Positions 37,182 to 46,329 of a DNA stretch of 64,000 nucleotides are shown piece after piece (positions within the stretch are counted from its first letter, which is position 1; every line of letters starts with the position of its first letter). Where the stretch lies: NCBI GenBank assembly GCA_029248825.1, contig JAQWIP010000102.1, positions 12,847 to 76,846 on the forward strand, given 5' to 3'. Below the pieces are notes generated by a model that saw only the letters and a program-made list of their open reading frames with translations, had not been told where the DNA came from and did not search any database. The DNA comes from Alphaproteobacteria bacterium. GTDB taxonomy: Bacteria; Pseudomonadota; Alphaproteobacteria; RS24. The translations under genes were made by a program, and so were the position numbers.

Positions 37182-38555
37182 CTACTTACCGATGCAGAAA
37201 TCCGCAAACACGATATCCAGCAATTGCTCGATATCTACTGCGCCCGTGATGCGCCCCAAGGCGCGTTGGGCGAGGCGCAAATCTTCCGCCGCTAATTCTA
37301 GCCCCGTATCGGCAATCGCCAGCGCGCGTTCTAGCGCGGTGCAGGCCTCGCTCAAGGCTTGGCGGTGGCGTTCACGCGTTAAAACCGGCGCCTCTTTGGC
37401 ACCTGTGCGTTGGGTCACCAAGCCTTGCAATGCGGCTAACAGCGCGGTTTCGCCCTCGCCCGTCAAAGTCGAGAGCGAGAGGGTATCGCCGCCTGCAAAC
37501 GAGCCAAGCTCGGCTGCTGGCACAGCGCCCAAATCGGCTTTATTGCAAATCACCAAATCGGCGGCTTGCGTGGCTTCCACCTCGCCTTGGGGCGCGCGCG
37601 TGTCGGGCGAGAGAACCAAGAGGCGGATATCGGCCGCCTCAGCCTCCAATTTGGCGCGGCGCACGCCTTCGCGCTCGATATCGTCGCCCGCCTCGCGCAA
37701 GCCTGCCGTATCGACCAAAGTCACCGGCACGCCGCCCAAGACCATAGCCACCTCAATCACATCGCGTGTGGTGCCTGCACGCGCCGAGACAATGGCCGCG
37801 TCTTTTCCAGATAACCTATTGAGAATGCTGGATTTTCCGGCATTTGGCGCGCCCAGTAAGGCAACCCTAAGGCCATCGCGCAAAGCCAGCCCACGGGTGT
37901 CTTGCAGATGCGCTTGCATGGCCGCCGCAAGTTCTGGCACGCCCTCTAAGGCGCGTTGGCCTAGCCCGCCCGGCAAGTCTTCATCGGCAAATTCAATATC
38001 GGCCTCGACATGCGCCAAAGTGGTTTTCAGCGTCTCGCGCCAGCTTTCCATCAATTGGCGCAAACTGCCGCTCATTTGCCGAAGCGCTTGGGCTTGTTGC
38101 GCGCCGCCCTCGGCATCAATCAAATCGGCAATGGCTTCGGCGCCGGTTAAATCCATCTTGGCGTTTAGCACCGCACGGCGGGTAAACTCGCCCGCCTCGG
38201 CTGGCGTGCATATCTCGAGCTTCGCCAAAGCCGCCAGAATAGATTGCGTGACCGCCAGCCCCCCATGCACGTGCAGCTCGGCCATATCTTCGCCGGTAAA
38301 ACTATGTGGCGCGACAAAGCGCAAAACCAAAGCCTCATCGAGCAGCGCCCCGCCCTCTGGGTCATAGAGTTTTCGCACAGCCGCTTGGCGCGGTGCAGGC
38401 AATTTGTCGACGCCCAAATGCGCGAGAGCCGTCTCGACCTCGGGGCCGCTCAAGCGAATAACCGCGAGCGCGGCGCGGCCAGCGCCCGTCGATAAAGCAA
38501 AAACAGTTTCCGGAGCCTGGTCAGGTCGGCGCACGCATATCTCCTCTGGCGGCAA
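37182..38555 (-). CDS. mnmE: tRNA modification GTPase MnmE (TrmE)
   Basis: TVFALSTGAGRAALAVIRLSG, G1 GAPNAGKSSILN, DTAGLRE, NKADL, and the C-terminal CIGK tetrapeptide. Start is uncertain (TTG 38555 or GTG 38534). Confidence 0.95.
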   Translation of the reverse strand: MPPEEICVRRPDQAPETVFALSTGAGRAALAVIRLSGPEVETALAHLGVDKLPAPRQAAVRKLYDPEGGALLDEALVLRFVAPHSFTGEDMAELHVHGGLAVTQSILAALAKLEICTPAEAGEFTRRAVLNAKMDLTGAEAIADLIDAEGGAQQAQALRQMSGSLRQLMESWRETLKTTLAHVEADIEFADEDLPGGLGQRALEGVPELAAAMQAHLQDTRGLALRDGLRVALLGAPNAGKSSILNRLSGKDAAIVSARAGTTRDVIEVAMVLGGVPVTLVDTAGLREAGDDIEREGVRRAKLEAEAADIRLLVLSPDTRAPQGEVEATQAADLVICNKADLGAVPAAELGSFAGGDTLSLSTLTGEGETALLAALQGLVTQRTGAKEAPVLTRERHRQALSEACTALERALAIADTGLELAAEDLRLAQRALGRITGAVDIEQLLDIVFADFCIGK

Positions 38556-38581
38556 AGCAAATCATCGCTAAACTGCACGAG

Positions 38582-40645
38582 ATGAGCCATCCATTCAAGC
38601 GAAACAGACTGGCCGAAGCGACCAGCCCATATCTTTTGCAACATAAAGATAATCCTGTGCATTGGCAGCCTTGGGAACCCGAAGTGTTTGAAGAAGCGCG
38701 CGCGCGAAATTTACCCGTGCTTTTGTCCATCGGGTATGCGGCGTGTCATTGGTGTCATGTGATGGCGCATGAAAGTTTTGAAGACGAAGAGGTCGCCAAA
38801 GTGATGAATGAGAAATTCATCTGTATCAAACTCGACCGCGAAGAGCGCCCCGACCTCGACGAGATATATATGACCGCCCTGTCGATGATGGGCGAGCCAG
38901 GCGGCTGGCCGCTGACCATGTGTTTAGATGCCGATGCGCGCCCGTTTTGGGGCGGCACGTATTTTCCCAAATTGCCGAATTATGGCCGCCCGGGGTTTAT
39001 GCAAATCCTCGAGGAGATATCGCGCATCTGGCACGAGACGCCCGACAAGATAGAGAAAAACACCCAGACCCTGACACAAGGTTTGCGCGCGCGCGCCAAA
39101 GCCGATGCGCGTGGCGACATGCCCGAAGACCTGCCCTCGCGCGCCGCCACCACGTTGAGCCAGCATATTGATTTACAAAAAGGCGGCTTGCAGGGCGCGC
39201 CGAAATTCCCCCAAGCTTTCCTCTATCAATTTCTTTGGCAGCAAGCCCAGCTCGACGCCGACACGGATATCCGCAACGCGGTTCTGGTGACTTTGGAAAA
39301 AATTTGCCAAGGCGGTATGTATGATCATATCGGCGGCGGCTTTGCCCGCTATAGCGTCGATGCCGATTGGCTGGTGCCGCATTTTGAAAAAATGCTTTAT
39401 GACAATGCGCTTTTGGTGCAGCTGATGACACAGGTCTGGCGCGACACCAAAAGCCCGCTTTTAGCCGCGCGCATCGCCGAGACGCTGGCTTGGGTGACGC
39501 GCGAAATGACGCTGGAAACGGGCGCTTTCGCCGCCAGTCTCGACGCCGATACCGAAGGCATTGAGGGCAAGTTTTATGTCTGGTCGCGCCAAGAAATAGA
39601 GCAGCTTTTATCGCCGACCCGAAACGGGGAGGCTTTTTGCCAGACCTATGACATCACCGAAGTGGGGAATTTTGAGGGTCACAATATTGCCAATTTGCTC
39701 GCCCAAGGCGATGGCGTGCAAACCGATTTAGCGACAGCGCGTGCGCTTCTTTTACAAGCGCGCAACCAACGCATTGCGCCGGGGCGCGATGATAAAATTC
39801 TGGCCGATTGGAACGCCATGATGATTGCGGCCATGGCACAAGCCGGCCTCGCTTTCGGTCGCGACGATTGGTTGAGCCAAGCCAAAACAGCCTTTGTTGC
39901 CGCCCGCCAAGCGCTTACCGATGCCCAGGGTAATTTGCGTCATAGCGCGCGCGAGGGGCGGGTTTTAGCGGTCTCTTTATCCAGCGATTATGCTTTTCTG
40001 GGGCAGGCGGCCTTGGCGCTTTACCAAGCCACCCGTGAGGTGGCCTATCTCGACTATGCGAAACTATGCGCCGATAGTCTGCACGCAGATTTTTATGATG
40101 ACCCAAATCTAGGTGGGCGCGGCGGCTATCTGACCAATCGCCAATCTGAAGCCAAAGATGTTTTGGTCAACAATCGACCCGTGCAAGATAATGCTATGCC
40201 GTCTGGCAATGCCGCGATTTATCAGCTGTTCGCCTCACTGGCCACGCTGACGGGCGAGGCGTCTTATCGCGCGCTTGGACAAGATTTGTTCACCGCTTTG
40301 GCCGGACATTTGGCCAGCCAATATACATCTATGACGTCGCTTTTGGTCGCCCGCCAGATGGATGAAAACAGCCTGACGATTATTTTGATTGGCGATGTCG
40401 AGGGGATAAAGGTCTTGGAAAAAGCCGCCCGCCAACACCGTGTGTTTAGCGCCCATATTTTGGTTTTATCGCCCGAGGCGCAGCTTTCCCCCACGCATCC
40501 CGCGCATGGCAAAACACAAGTCGACGCAAAGCCCACGGCCTATGTTTGCCCGGGGCAAACCTGTTTAGCGCCGATAACCGACCCGCAAGCTTTGGTAGAG
40601 CAGCTAGACGCGGTTATCAAAGCGCGCCAAAAACGAGCTGATTAA
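38582..40645 (+). CDS. thioredoxin-domain protein, YyaL/DUF255 (N-acylglucosamine 2-epimerase-fold) family
   Basis: 687 aa. [62 protein letters not shown]. Confidence 0.88.
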   Translation: MSHPFKRNRLAEATSPYLLQHKDNPVHWQPWEPEVFEEARARNLPVLLSIGYAACHWCHVMAHESFEDEEVAKVMNEKFICIKLDREERPDLDEIYMTALSMMGEPGGWPLTMCLDADARPFWGGTYFPKLPNYGRPGFMQILEEISRIWHETPDKIEKNTQTLTQGLRARAKADARGDMPEDLPSRAATTLSQHIDLQKGGLQGAPKFPQAFLYQFLWQQAQLDADTDIRNAVLVTLEKICQGGMYDHIGGGFARYSVDADWLVPHFEKMLYDNALLVQLMTQVWRDTKSPLLAARIAETLAWVTREMTLETGAFAASLDADTEGIEGKFYVWSRQEIEQLLSPTRNGEAFCQTYDITEVGNFEGHNIANLLAQGDGVQTDLATARALLLQARNQRIAPGRDDKILADWNAMMIAAMAQAGLAFGRDDWLSQAKTAFVAARQALTDAQGNLRHSAREGRVLAVSLSSDYAFLGQAALALYQATREVAYLDYAKLCADSLHADFYDDPNLGGRGGYLTNRQSEAKDVLVNNRPVQDNAMPSGNAAIYQLFASLATLTGEASYRALGQDLFTALAGHLASQYTSMTSLLVARQMDENSLTIILIGDVEGIKVLEKAARQHRVFSAHILVLSPEAQLSPTHPAHGKTQVDAKPTAYVCPGQTCLAPITDPQALVEQLDAVIKARQKRAD

Positions 40646-41931
40646 GTGTTCATCGAGTCGAAGAACTCGCCGTTGTTTTTGGTGTTCTTCAATTTATCGA
40701 GCAAGAATTCGGTCGCGTCCACCGCCCCCATTGGATTGAGGATACGGCGCAACACATAGATTTTCGACAGGTCGCCAGCCTCCACAAGCAATTCTTCTTT
40801 GCGGGTACCGGACTTCATAATGTCGATGGCTGGGAAAACCCGTTTGTCGGAAATCTTGCGATCCAACACAATTTCCGAGTTACCTGTGCCTTTAAATTCT
40901 TCAAAAATAACTTCATCCATACGCGAGCCCGTTTCGATAAGCGCGGTGGAGATAATCGTCAGCGAGCCGCCCTCTTCGATGTTCCGCGCGGCGCCAAAAA
41001 AGCGTTTCGGGCGTTGCAGCGCATTGGCGTCAACACCACCGGTCAAAACTTTGCCCGAGCTTGGCACAACTGTATTATAGGCGCGTCCCAAACGCGTGAT
41101 ACTATCCAATAGAATAACCACGTCGCGGCCGTGTTCGACCAAACGCTTGGCTTTTTCAATCACCATTTCAGCCACTTGCACGTGGCGCGTGGCTGGCTCA
41201 TCAAAAGTTGAAGACACAACTTCGCCCTGCACCGAACGCTGCATGTCGGTTACCTCTTCGGGGCGCTCATCGATTAGCAAAACAATGAGATAGCATTCTG
41301 GATGATTGCTAGCGATGGATTTGGCGATGTTCTGCATCAGCACCGTTTTACCCGTGCGCGGCGGCGCCACAATCAGGGCGCGCTGGCCTTTACCGAGCGG
41401 GGCGACAATGTCGATGATGCGCGAAGATAAATCTTTGCTGGTCGGGTCTTCCACTTCCATGGCAAAAGCGCTGTCTGGATACAGCGGCGTCAGATTATCA
41501 AAATGGACTTTTTGGCGCGCTTTTTCTGGGTCTTCAAAATTAATGCCGTTCAATTTCAGCAAAGCAAAATAGCGCTCGCCGTCTTTGGGGCCGCGAATTT
41601 CGCCTTCGACTGTATCACCTGTGCGCAGCGAGAAGCGGCGGATTTGGCTGGGGCTGACATAAATATCATCTGGGCCTGGCAGGTAATTGGCATCTGGCGA
41701 GCGCAAGAAACCAAATCCATCTTGCAGCACTTCCATCACGCCTTCGCCGATAATGGTAATATTATCCTCGGCCAGTTTTTTCAAAATGGCAAACAGCATG
41801 TCTTGCTTCAACATAGTCGAAGCGTTTTCAATCTCATGCTCTTCGGCAAACGCCAATAGCTCGGTCGGCGATTTGCTTTTCAAATGCTCGAGTTTGATCT
41901 GGTCTTTCATGTCGTCCATCGTTTTATCCAT
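40642..41931 (-). CDS. rho: transcription termination factor Rho
   Basis: Start trimmed to MDKTMDD (ATG 41929-41931). GFGFLR RNA-binding motif, Walker [24 protein letters not shown]. Confidence 0.97.
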   Translation of the reverse strand: MDKTMDDMKDQIKLEHLKSKSPTELLAFAEEHEIENASTMLKQDMLFAILKKLAEDNITIIGEGVMEVLQDGFGFLRSPDANYLPGPDDIYVSPSQIRRFSLRTGDTVEGEIRGPKDGERYFALLKLNGINFEDPEKARQKVHFDNLTPLYPDSAFAMEVEDPTSKDLSSRIIDIVAPLGKGQRALIVAPPRTGKTVLMQNIAKSIASNHPECYLIVLLIDERPEEVTDMQRSVQGEVVSSTFDEPATRHVQVAEMVIEKAKRLVEHGRDVVILLDSITRLGRAYNTVVPSSGKVLTGGVDANALQRPKRFFGAARNIEEGGSLTIISTALIETGSRMDEVIFEEFKGTGNSEIVLDRKISDKRVFPAIDIMKSGTRKEELLVEAGDLSKIYVLRRILNPMGAVDATEFLLDKLKNTKNNGEFFDSMNT

Positions 41932-42076
41932 AAAGCGGGCGCGCAAAATTTGCGGCGAAACTGATTTTTTAAAAGGGGGAAGGCTTCAAATGTCGCAAAC
42001 GACGAAAGAGCCTTTATCGAAGTGAGTTTGAGTATAGCGAAAAATACGCGCCTTCACAAGCGCCCATCAAACCTGT

Positions 42077-42526
42077 CTAAAACGGCTGCACCACCACTAA
42101 AATAACGATGAAAACCGTCAAAACAGGCGGGATTTCATTTATCATCCGATAGAAGCGCGACGAGCGCGGCAAAGTCTGGCTTAGAAATTTCTTTCGCGTC
42201 GACGCCAAAAATCCGTGATAGCCCGATAAAATAAGCACAAGGCTCAATTTCACATGTAACCAAACCCCCGCGCTTTCAATAAATCCAGCGCGCAAAATTA
42301 AGCTCAGCCCTAAAATCCAAGCAACCACCATGGCTGGAGTCATGATGATGCGCAGCAGGTTTTTTTCCATGGTTTCAAAAATAGCAAATGGCTCGCCCGC
42401 TTCCATGGCTTCGGCGTGATATACAAATAGGCGCGGCAAATAATACATCCCCGCCATCCAAAACATCACAGCGATAATATGAAACGCTAATATCCATGGA
42501 TATAAATCGGCTAATACATCACGCAT
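42077..42526 (-). CDS. hemJ: protoporphyrinogen IX oxidase HemJ family membrane protein
   Basis: 149 aa with 4 TM segments. LAFHIIAVMFWMAGMYYLPRLFVYHAE matches the HemJ signature. Confidence 0.8.
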   Translation of the reverse strand: MRDVLADLYPWILAFHIIAVMFWMAGMYYLPRLFVYHAEAMEAGEPFAIFETMEKNLLRIIMTPAMVVAWILGLSLILRAGFIESAGVWLHVKLSLVLILSGYHGFLASTRKKFLSQTLPRSSRFYRMINEIPPVLTVFIVILVVVQPF

Positions 42527-42530
42527 CTAT

Positions 42531-43589
42531 CTATCCTTGTCGAACCAGTTCGATTAATTTTTGCACATTCTCCGGTGGCGTTTGCGGCACAATGCCATGA
42601 CCGAGATTGAAAATATAATCGCGCCCTGCAAAATCATTTTTAATGTCTGCCACGGCTTGCTCTAGAGCCGCGCCACCCGCTACCAAAGTTAAAGGGTCGA
42701 GATTGCCTTGCAAGACGATGTTTTCTGGCACGTTTTGCACCATCGCTTTTCTATCGGCGCTTGTGTCTAGCCCCAAAACTTGCACGCCTGTGCGCGCCAC
42801 ATAGTCAGCCATGTCGCAGCTGGCAGCGCGGGGAAACCCAATGATGGGAACGCCGACACCGCGCGCGCGCAAACCTTCCACAATGGCCGCCACGGGTTCC
42901 ACGCACCACATATCAAACGCCTCGCCGTGCAAAGACGCCGCCCAACTTTCAAATAATTGCAATACTTCGGCACCCGCCTCGACTTGTGCCGCCAAATAAT
43001 CAATCGTCGCCGCCACAATAATATCCATCAGACCTTGAAAGGCTTGCGGATCGCTTTGCGCCAGGGCGCGCGCAGGCGCTTGGTCGGGCGTGCCGCGCCC
43101 CGCCACCATATAGGTCGCTACCGTCCAAGGCGCACCAGCAAACCCGATGAGTGTGGTTTCCTTGGGCAAAGAATGAGACAAGCGAGACACGGTTTCAATA
43201 ATCGGCTCTAAATGCTCGCTCACGTTATCCAGCGATAAGCTTTGCGCCGACACCACCGGATCCAAACGCGGGCCCTCTCCGGTTTCAAACCAGACTTTCT
43301 GGCCGAGGGCATCGGGGATAAGTAAAATATCGGCAAATAAAATCGCTGCATCAAAACCATATCGTCGAATGGGCTGCAAGGTCACTTCTTCGGCGAAGAC
43401 TGGATTATAGCAAAGGTCTAAAAACCCGCCGGCGGTTTCGCGAAGCGCGCGATATTCAGGCAAATACCGGCCCGCTTGGCGCATCAGCCAAATCGGTGGC
43501 ACTGGTTGACTATCGGTTGGCTTTGTCTTGCTTGTCCCATCTTTGGCGGCTGCGCCAGAGAGGGTTTTTAAAAATAGTTTCATACTCAT
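42531..43589 (-). CDS. hemE: uroporphyrinogen decarboxylase
   Basis: PIWLMRQAGRYLPEY, ILFADILL, FNLGHGI. Confidence 0.96.
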   Translation of the reverse strand: MSMKLFLKTLSGAAAKDGTSKTKPTDSQPVPPIWLMRQAGRYLPEYRALRETAGGFLDLCYNPVFAEEVTLQPIRRYGFDAAILFADILLIPDALGQKVWFETGEGPRLDPVVSAQSLSLDNVSEHLEPIIETVSRLSHSLPKETTLIGFAGAPWTVATYMVAGRGTPDQAPARALAQSDPQAFQGLMDIIVAATIDYLAAQVEAGAEVLQLFESWAASLHGEAFDMWCVEPVAAIVEGLRARGVGVPIIGFPRAASCDMADYVARTGVQVLGLDTSADRKAMVQNVPENIVLQGNLDPLTLVAGGAALEQAVADIKNDFAGRDYIFNLGHGIVPQTPPENVQKLIELVRQG

Positions 43590-43598
43590 GCCACCTTC

Positions 43599-43645
43599 TT
43601 AACTTCCTTTTTTTATTAATACACTAAAGATGTAGTTGTAGTAGT
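43599..43645. other. AT-rich segment, candidate DNA unwinding element
   Basis: TTAACTTCCTTTTTTTATTAATACACTAAAGATGTAGTTGTAGTAGT is far more AT-rich than the surrounding sequence and contains the tandem TGTAGT TGTAGT. Confidence 0.45.
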
Positions 43646-43658
43646 GTCGCAGGGAAGC

Positions 43659-43667
43659 TGTGGATTA
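43659..43667 (-). promoter_or_regulatory. DnaA-box-like 9-mer TAATCCACA
   Basis: One mismatch to TTATCCACA. Confidence 0.5.
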
Positions 43668-43724
43668 CTTATTTCGCGCCAATCCATAAACAAGCAAAAT
43701 CAAAACGAATAGGCATGTGAACAA

Positions 43725-43733
43725 CGGGGATAA
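43725..43733 (-). promoter_or_regulatory. DnaA-box-like 9-mer TTATCCCCG
   Basis: Two mismatches to TTATCCACA. Confidence 0.35.
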
Positions 43734-43744
43734 GCTTTTCGCCC

Positions 43745-43753
43745 TGTGGACAG
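43745..43753 (-). promoter_or_regulatory. DnaA-box-like 9-mer CTGTCCACA
   Basis: Two mismatches to TTATCCACA; the TCCACA core is retained. Confidence 0.4.
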
Positions 43754-43809
43754 ACAATGTTTTTTGAGCGCTCGCTTGCAAAATACAGAGCTGTGAATAA
43801 TACGGACAA

Positions 43810-43818
43810 TGGGGATAA
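43810..43818 (-). promoter_or_regulatory. DnaA-box-like 9-mer TTATCCCCA
   Basis: One mismatch to TTATCCACA. Forms an inverted pair with 43844-43852. Confidence 0.5.
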
Positions 43819-43843
43819 AGGCTCGCGCGAGGCCGCGCATAAT

Positions 43844-43852
43844 TTATCCCCA
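43844..43852 (+). promoter_or_regulatory. DnaA-box-like 9-mer TTATCCCCA
   Basis: One mismatch to TTATCCACA. Inverted partner of 43810-43818; the pair flanks the palindrome CTCGCGCGAG. Confidence 0.5.
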
Positions 43853-43954
43853 AAACCCCCAAACATAGAAATCGATTTATTAAATCGCCTCAAACTCGGG
43901 GTATGAAAAATTAACAGTGGGGAGAAAATTTCTTGGCTTGCCGCGCGGTGCGAC

Positions 43955-43963
43955 TTATCCTCA
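43955..43963 (+). promoter_or_regulatory. DnaA-box-like 9-mer TTATCCTCA
   Basis: One mismatch to TTATCCACA. Confidence 0.45.
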
Positions 43964-43972
43964 CTATTCACA

Positions 43973-43981
43973 TAATCCACA
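43973..43981 (+). promoter_or_regulatory. DnaA-box-like 9-mer TAATCCACA
   Basis: One mismatch to TTATCCACA. Confidence 0.5.
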
Positions 43982-44021
43982 ATCGGGCGTGGCGCCGAAA
44001 CGAGGTAAGGAAGAAGCACTC

Positions 44022-44849
44022 GTGAAATATTTTCACCTGCATTTAATTTCCGACAGCACGGGCGAAACCATCCAAGCGGTGGCGCGAGCGGTCTGCGCGC
44101 AATTTGTCGAAGCCCAGCCGGTTGAGCATATTTATGGTTTGGTGCGGGGCAAAAAAGCGCTTGATCGGGCTTTGGCCGAATTGGCCGAAAACCCAGGCCC
44201 CGTCATGTATTCGATTTTGGACGATGCTTTGCGCGCCAATTTGCATAGCGTGTGCGAAAAATTATCGGTGCCATGTCTTTCGGTTCTCGAGCCTTTCGTC
44301 AATCAATTGGCGCCCTATTTGAAAGTCGAAGCCAGCGGCAAGCCAGGCGGCCAACACGCGATGGATACGGACTATTTTCGCCGCATCAATGCGCTGAATT
44401 ACACCATCCAACACGATGACGGGCAAAGCCAAAGTGATTTGGACACGGCGGATATTATTTTGACCGGCGTCAGCCGCACGTCGAAAACTCCGACATGTAT
44501 TTATCTGGCCAATCGCGGTTATAAATCGGCCAATGTGCCTTTGGTGCCAGGCATGGATCCGCCGAGCGAATTATTAGAAGCCAAAAACCCCTTGATTGTC
44601 GGCCTGTTAAACAGCCCCGAACGGTTGCGCGCCATTCGGCGCAATCGGCTTTTGTCGCTCAACGAAGAAAGCGAAACCGAATATATTGACCCCGAGTTAA
44701 TTCGTGCCGAGATTGCCGATGCGCGCAGATTATTTGCCCGCCAGCGTTGGCCGGTTATCGACGTGACGCGCCGCTCGGTGGAAGAAATTGCCAGCGCGGT
44801 TTTAAACTTATATCAAGACCATGAAAAAGCCCGCGATGCTCGCCCCTAA
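44022..44849 (+). CDS. pyruvate,phosphate dikinase / PEP synthetase regulatory protein (DUF299 kinase/phosphorylase)
   Basis: Start trimmed to GTG 44022 (VKYFHLHLISDSTGET) with AAGGAAG 9 nt upstream, giving ~275 aa as is typical. P-loop GVSRTSKTPT. Confidence 0.88.
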   Translation: MKYFHLHLISDSTGETIQAVARAVCAQFVEAQPVEHIYGLVRGKKALDRALAELAENPGPVMYSILDDALRANLHSVCEKLSVPCLSVLEPFVNQLAPYLKVEASGKPGGQHAMDTDYFRRINALNYTIQHDDGQSQSDLDTADIILTGVSRTSKTPTCIYLANRGYKSANVPLVPGMDPPSELLEAKNPLIVGLLNSPERLRAIRRNRLLSLNEESETEYIDPELIRAEIADARRLFARQRWPVIDVTRRSVEEIASAVLNLYQDHEKARDARP

Positions 44850-44873
44850 GCGAGGCGCGAAAATGAGGAAATC

Positions 44874-45461
44874 ATGCACTTAACCAAAACATTAACCTTG
44901 GCTTCGAAAAGCAAAATCCGCGCGCAAGTTCTAGCCGGCGCGGGCGTGGCTTTTGATGTGGCGCCATCTGGCGTCGATGAGGAGGCTTTGAAAGCCCTCC
45001 ATTCCGGCGATGCTGCGGGTCTTGCGGTCGGATTGGCCGAAGCCAAAGCGCGCGCCGTGAGCGCAAACGGGCTGATTATCGGCGCCGACCAAGTTTTGCA
45101 ATGCGAGGGCGTTTTATATGACAAGCCGCGCGATATGGAAGAGGCGCGCGCGAATTTGAAAAAATTTCGAGGCCGCACGCATTATCTTATCGGCGGCGTG
45201 GTTTTGGTCGAAGACGGCAAAACACTCTGGGCGCATCATCAAAAAGTATCGCTGGCGGTGCGCGATTTTTCCGATGCGTTTCTCGATGCCTATCTCGAAG
45301 AGGCGGGCGAGACAATTTTGGCCTCCGTTGGTTGCTATCAATTGGAGGGGCTTGGCGCGCATTTATTTGACACAATCGATGGCGATTATTTCTCGACGCT
45401 TGGCCTGCCGCTCTTACCACTTTTGCAGGCCTTGCGCGAGCATGGCGGTCTGCCCCGCTAA
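44874..45461 (+). CDS. maf: Maf-like nucleoside-triphosphate pyrophosphatase
   Basis: 195 aa. LASKSKIR, GADQV, GCYQLEG-type motifs. TAATG overlap with aroE. Confidence 0.88.
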   Translation: MHLTKTLTLASKSKIRAQVLAGAGVAFDVAPSGVDEEALKALHSGDAAGLAVGLAEAKARAVSANGLIIGADQVLQCEGVLYDKPRDMEEARANLKKFRGRTHYLIGGVVLVEDGKTLWAHHQKVSLAVRDFSDAFLDAYLEEAGETILASVGCYQLEGLGAHLFDTIDGDYFSTLGLPLLPLLQALREHGGLPR

Positions 45462-46306
45462 TGGTTGGGGGGGGGCAAAAAACGGGCATTATCGGTTGGC
45501 CCGTCAGCCATTCTCGCTCGCCGCTGCTGCACAGCTATTGGATGCAAAAACACGCAATTGAGGCCAGCTATGAACGCTACCCCATTGATCCGGCGGCGGA
45601 CTTTCGCCAAGCCCTTGAGGCCATGGCGCAAGATGGGTTCATTGGCGCCAATGTCACGATTCCGCATAAAGAAAATGCTTTTGCCGCCTGTGACTCGCAT
45701 ACGCAGCCGGCGCAAAACCTCGGTGCGGTAAACACGATTGTCATGCGCGATGGCCGCTTGCTCGGTGCCAATACGGATGGCGACGGATTTATTGCCAGTC
45801 TGGAAGCGGGCGCGCCAAACCAAGATTGGCGCCAACGACCAGCGCTTGTTTTAGGTGCGGGCGGCGCGGCGCGGGCTATTTTAGTGGCGCTGGAAACGGC
45901 GGGGCTAAGCGATATTCGTCTGGTCAATCGCACACGCGCGCGCGCTGAAGCGCTGGCGCCTTTATGCGGCCAAGCCTTGTCGATTGGCGATTGGGACGCG
46001 CGCGAGGCCTTGGCACAAGAGTGCGGTCTTTTGGTCAATACCACCAGTCTGGGCATGCATGGCGCACCAAGGTTGGATATGGGGCTGGAAACCCTTGGCG
46101 AAAAAGCCGTGGTGACCGATATTGTTTACACGCCGCTGGAAACAGATTTATTGGCGCGCGCGCGCGCCTCGGGTTTGGTGGCTGTCGATGGGTTGGGCAT
46201 GTTGATGCATCAGGCGGCGCTTTCGTTTGAAATGTGGTTCGGGGTGCGCCCGCAAGTCGATGTGGCTTTGCGCGCGCTTTTGGTCGAGGATTTAGGGTCG
46301 CTTTAG
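45461..46306 (+). CDS. aroE: shikimate dehydrogenase
   Basis: GIIGWPVSHSRSP, GANVTIPHK, NTD, LGAGGAARA. Confidence 0.93.
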   Translation: MVGGGQKTGIIGWPVSHSRSPLLHSYWMQKHAIEASYERYPIDPAADFRQALEAMAQDGFIGANVTIPHKENAFAACDSHTQPAQNLGAVNTIVMRDGRLLGANTDGDGFIASLEAGAPNQDWRQRPALVLGAGGAARAILVALETAGLSDIRLVNRTRARAEALAPLCGQALSIGDWDAREALAQECGLLVNTTSLGMHGAPRLDMGLETLGEKAVVTDIVYTPLETDLLARARASGLVAVDGLGMLMHQAALSFEMWFGVRPQVDVALRALLVEDLGSL

Positions 46307-46329
46307 CCTGTTATTGGGAGGATAGGATT

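Larger units (their letters stand above)
43590..44021. other. candidate chromosomal replication origin (oriC), hemE/DUF299 intergenic region
   Basis: The largest non-coding gap in the window (432 bp). It holds seven DnaA-box-like 9-mers and an AT-rich stretch next to hemE. The gene-strand bias switches here. It matches the hemE-ori-DUF299(RP001) synteny known for Caulobacter and Rickettsia origins. Confidence 0.7.

Noticed and set aside
37150-38367. 405-aa ORF antisense to mnmE that starts exactly at the intergenic parS
   Set aside because: The translation is a monotonous Ser/Ala/Arg/Pro sequence typical of a shadow frame in GC-rich DNA. mnmE on the other strand has all G-domain motifs and the CIGK terminus. 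The coincidence with parS is positional only.
43590-44021. Search for CtrA boxes (TTAA-N7-TTAA) and CcrM GANTC sites in the putative origin
   Set aside because: Only isolated TTAA tetramers with wrong spacing (for example 13 nt at 43599-43619), and no GANTC, were found by eye. No CtrA or CcrM regulatory sites are claimed.
44022-44036. GTGAAA-TAT-TTTCAC inverted repeat covering the GTG start of the DUF299 gene (parS half-sites in everted order)
   Set aside because: It has only 6-bp arms and the half-site order is wrong for ParB. It could equally arise from the codons for VKYFH. Noted only as a possible operator at the right edge of the origin, and not reported as a feature.
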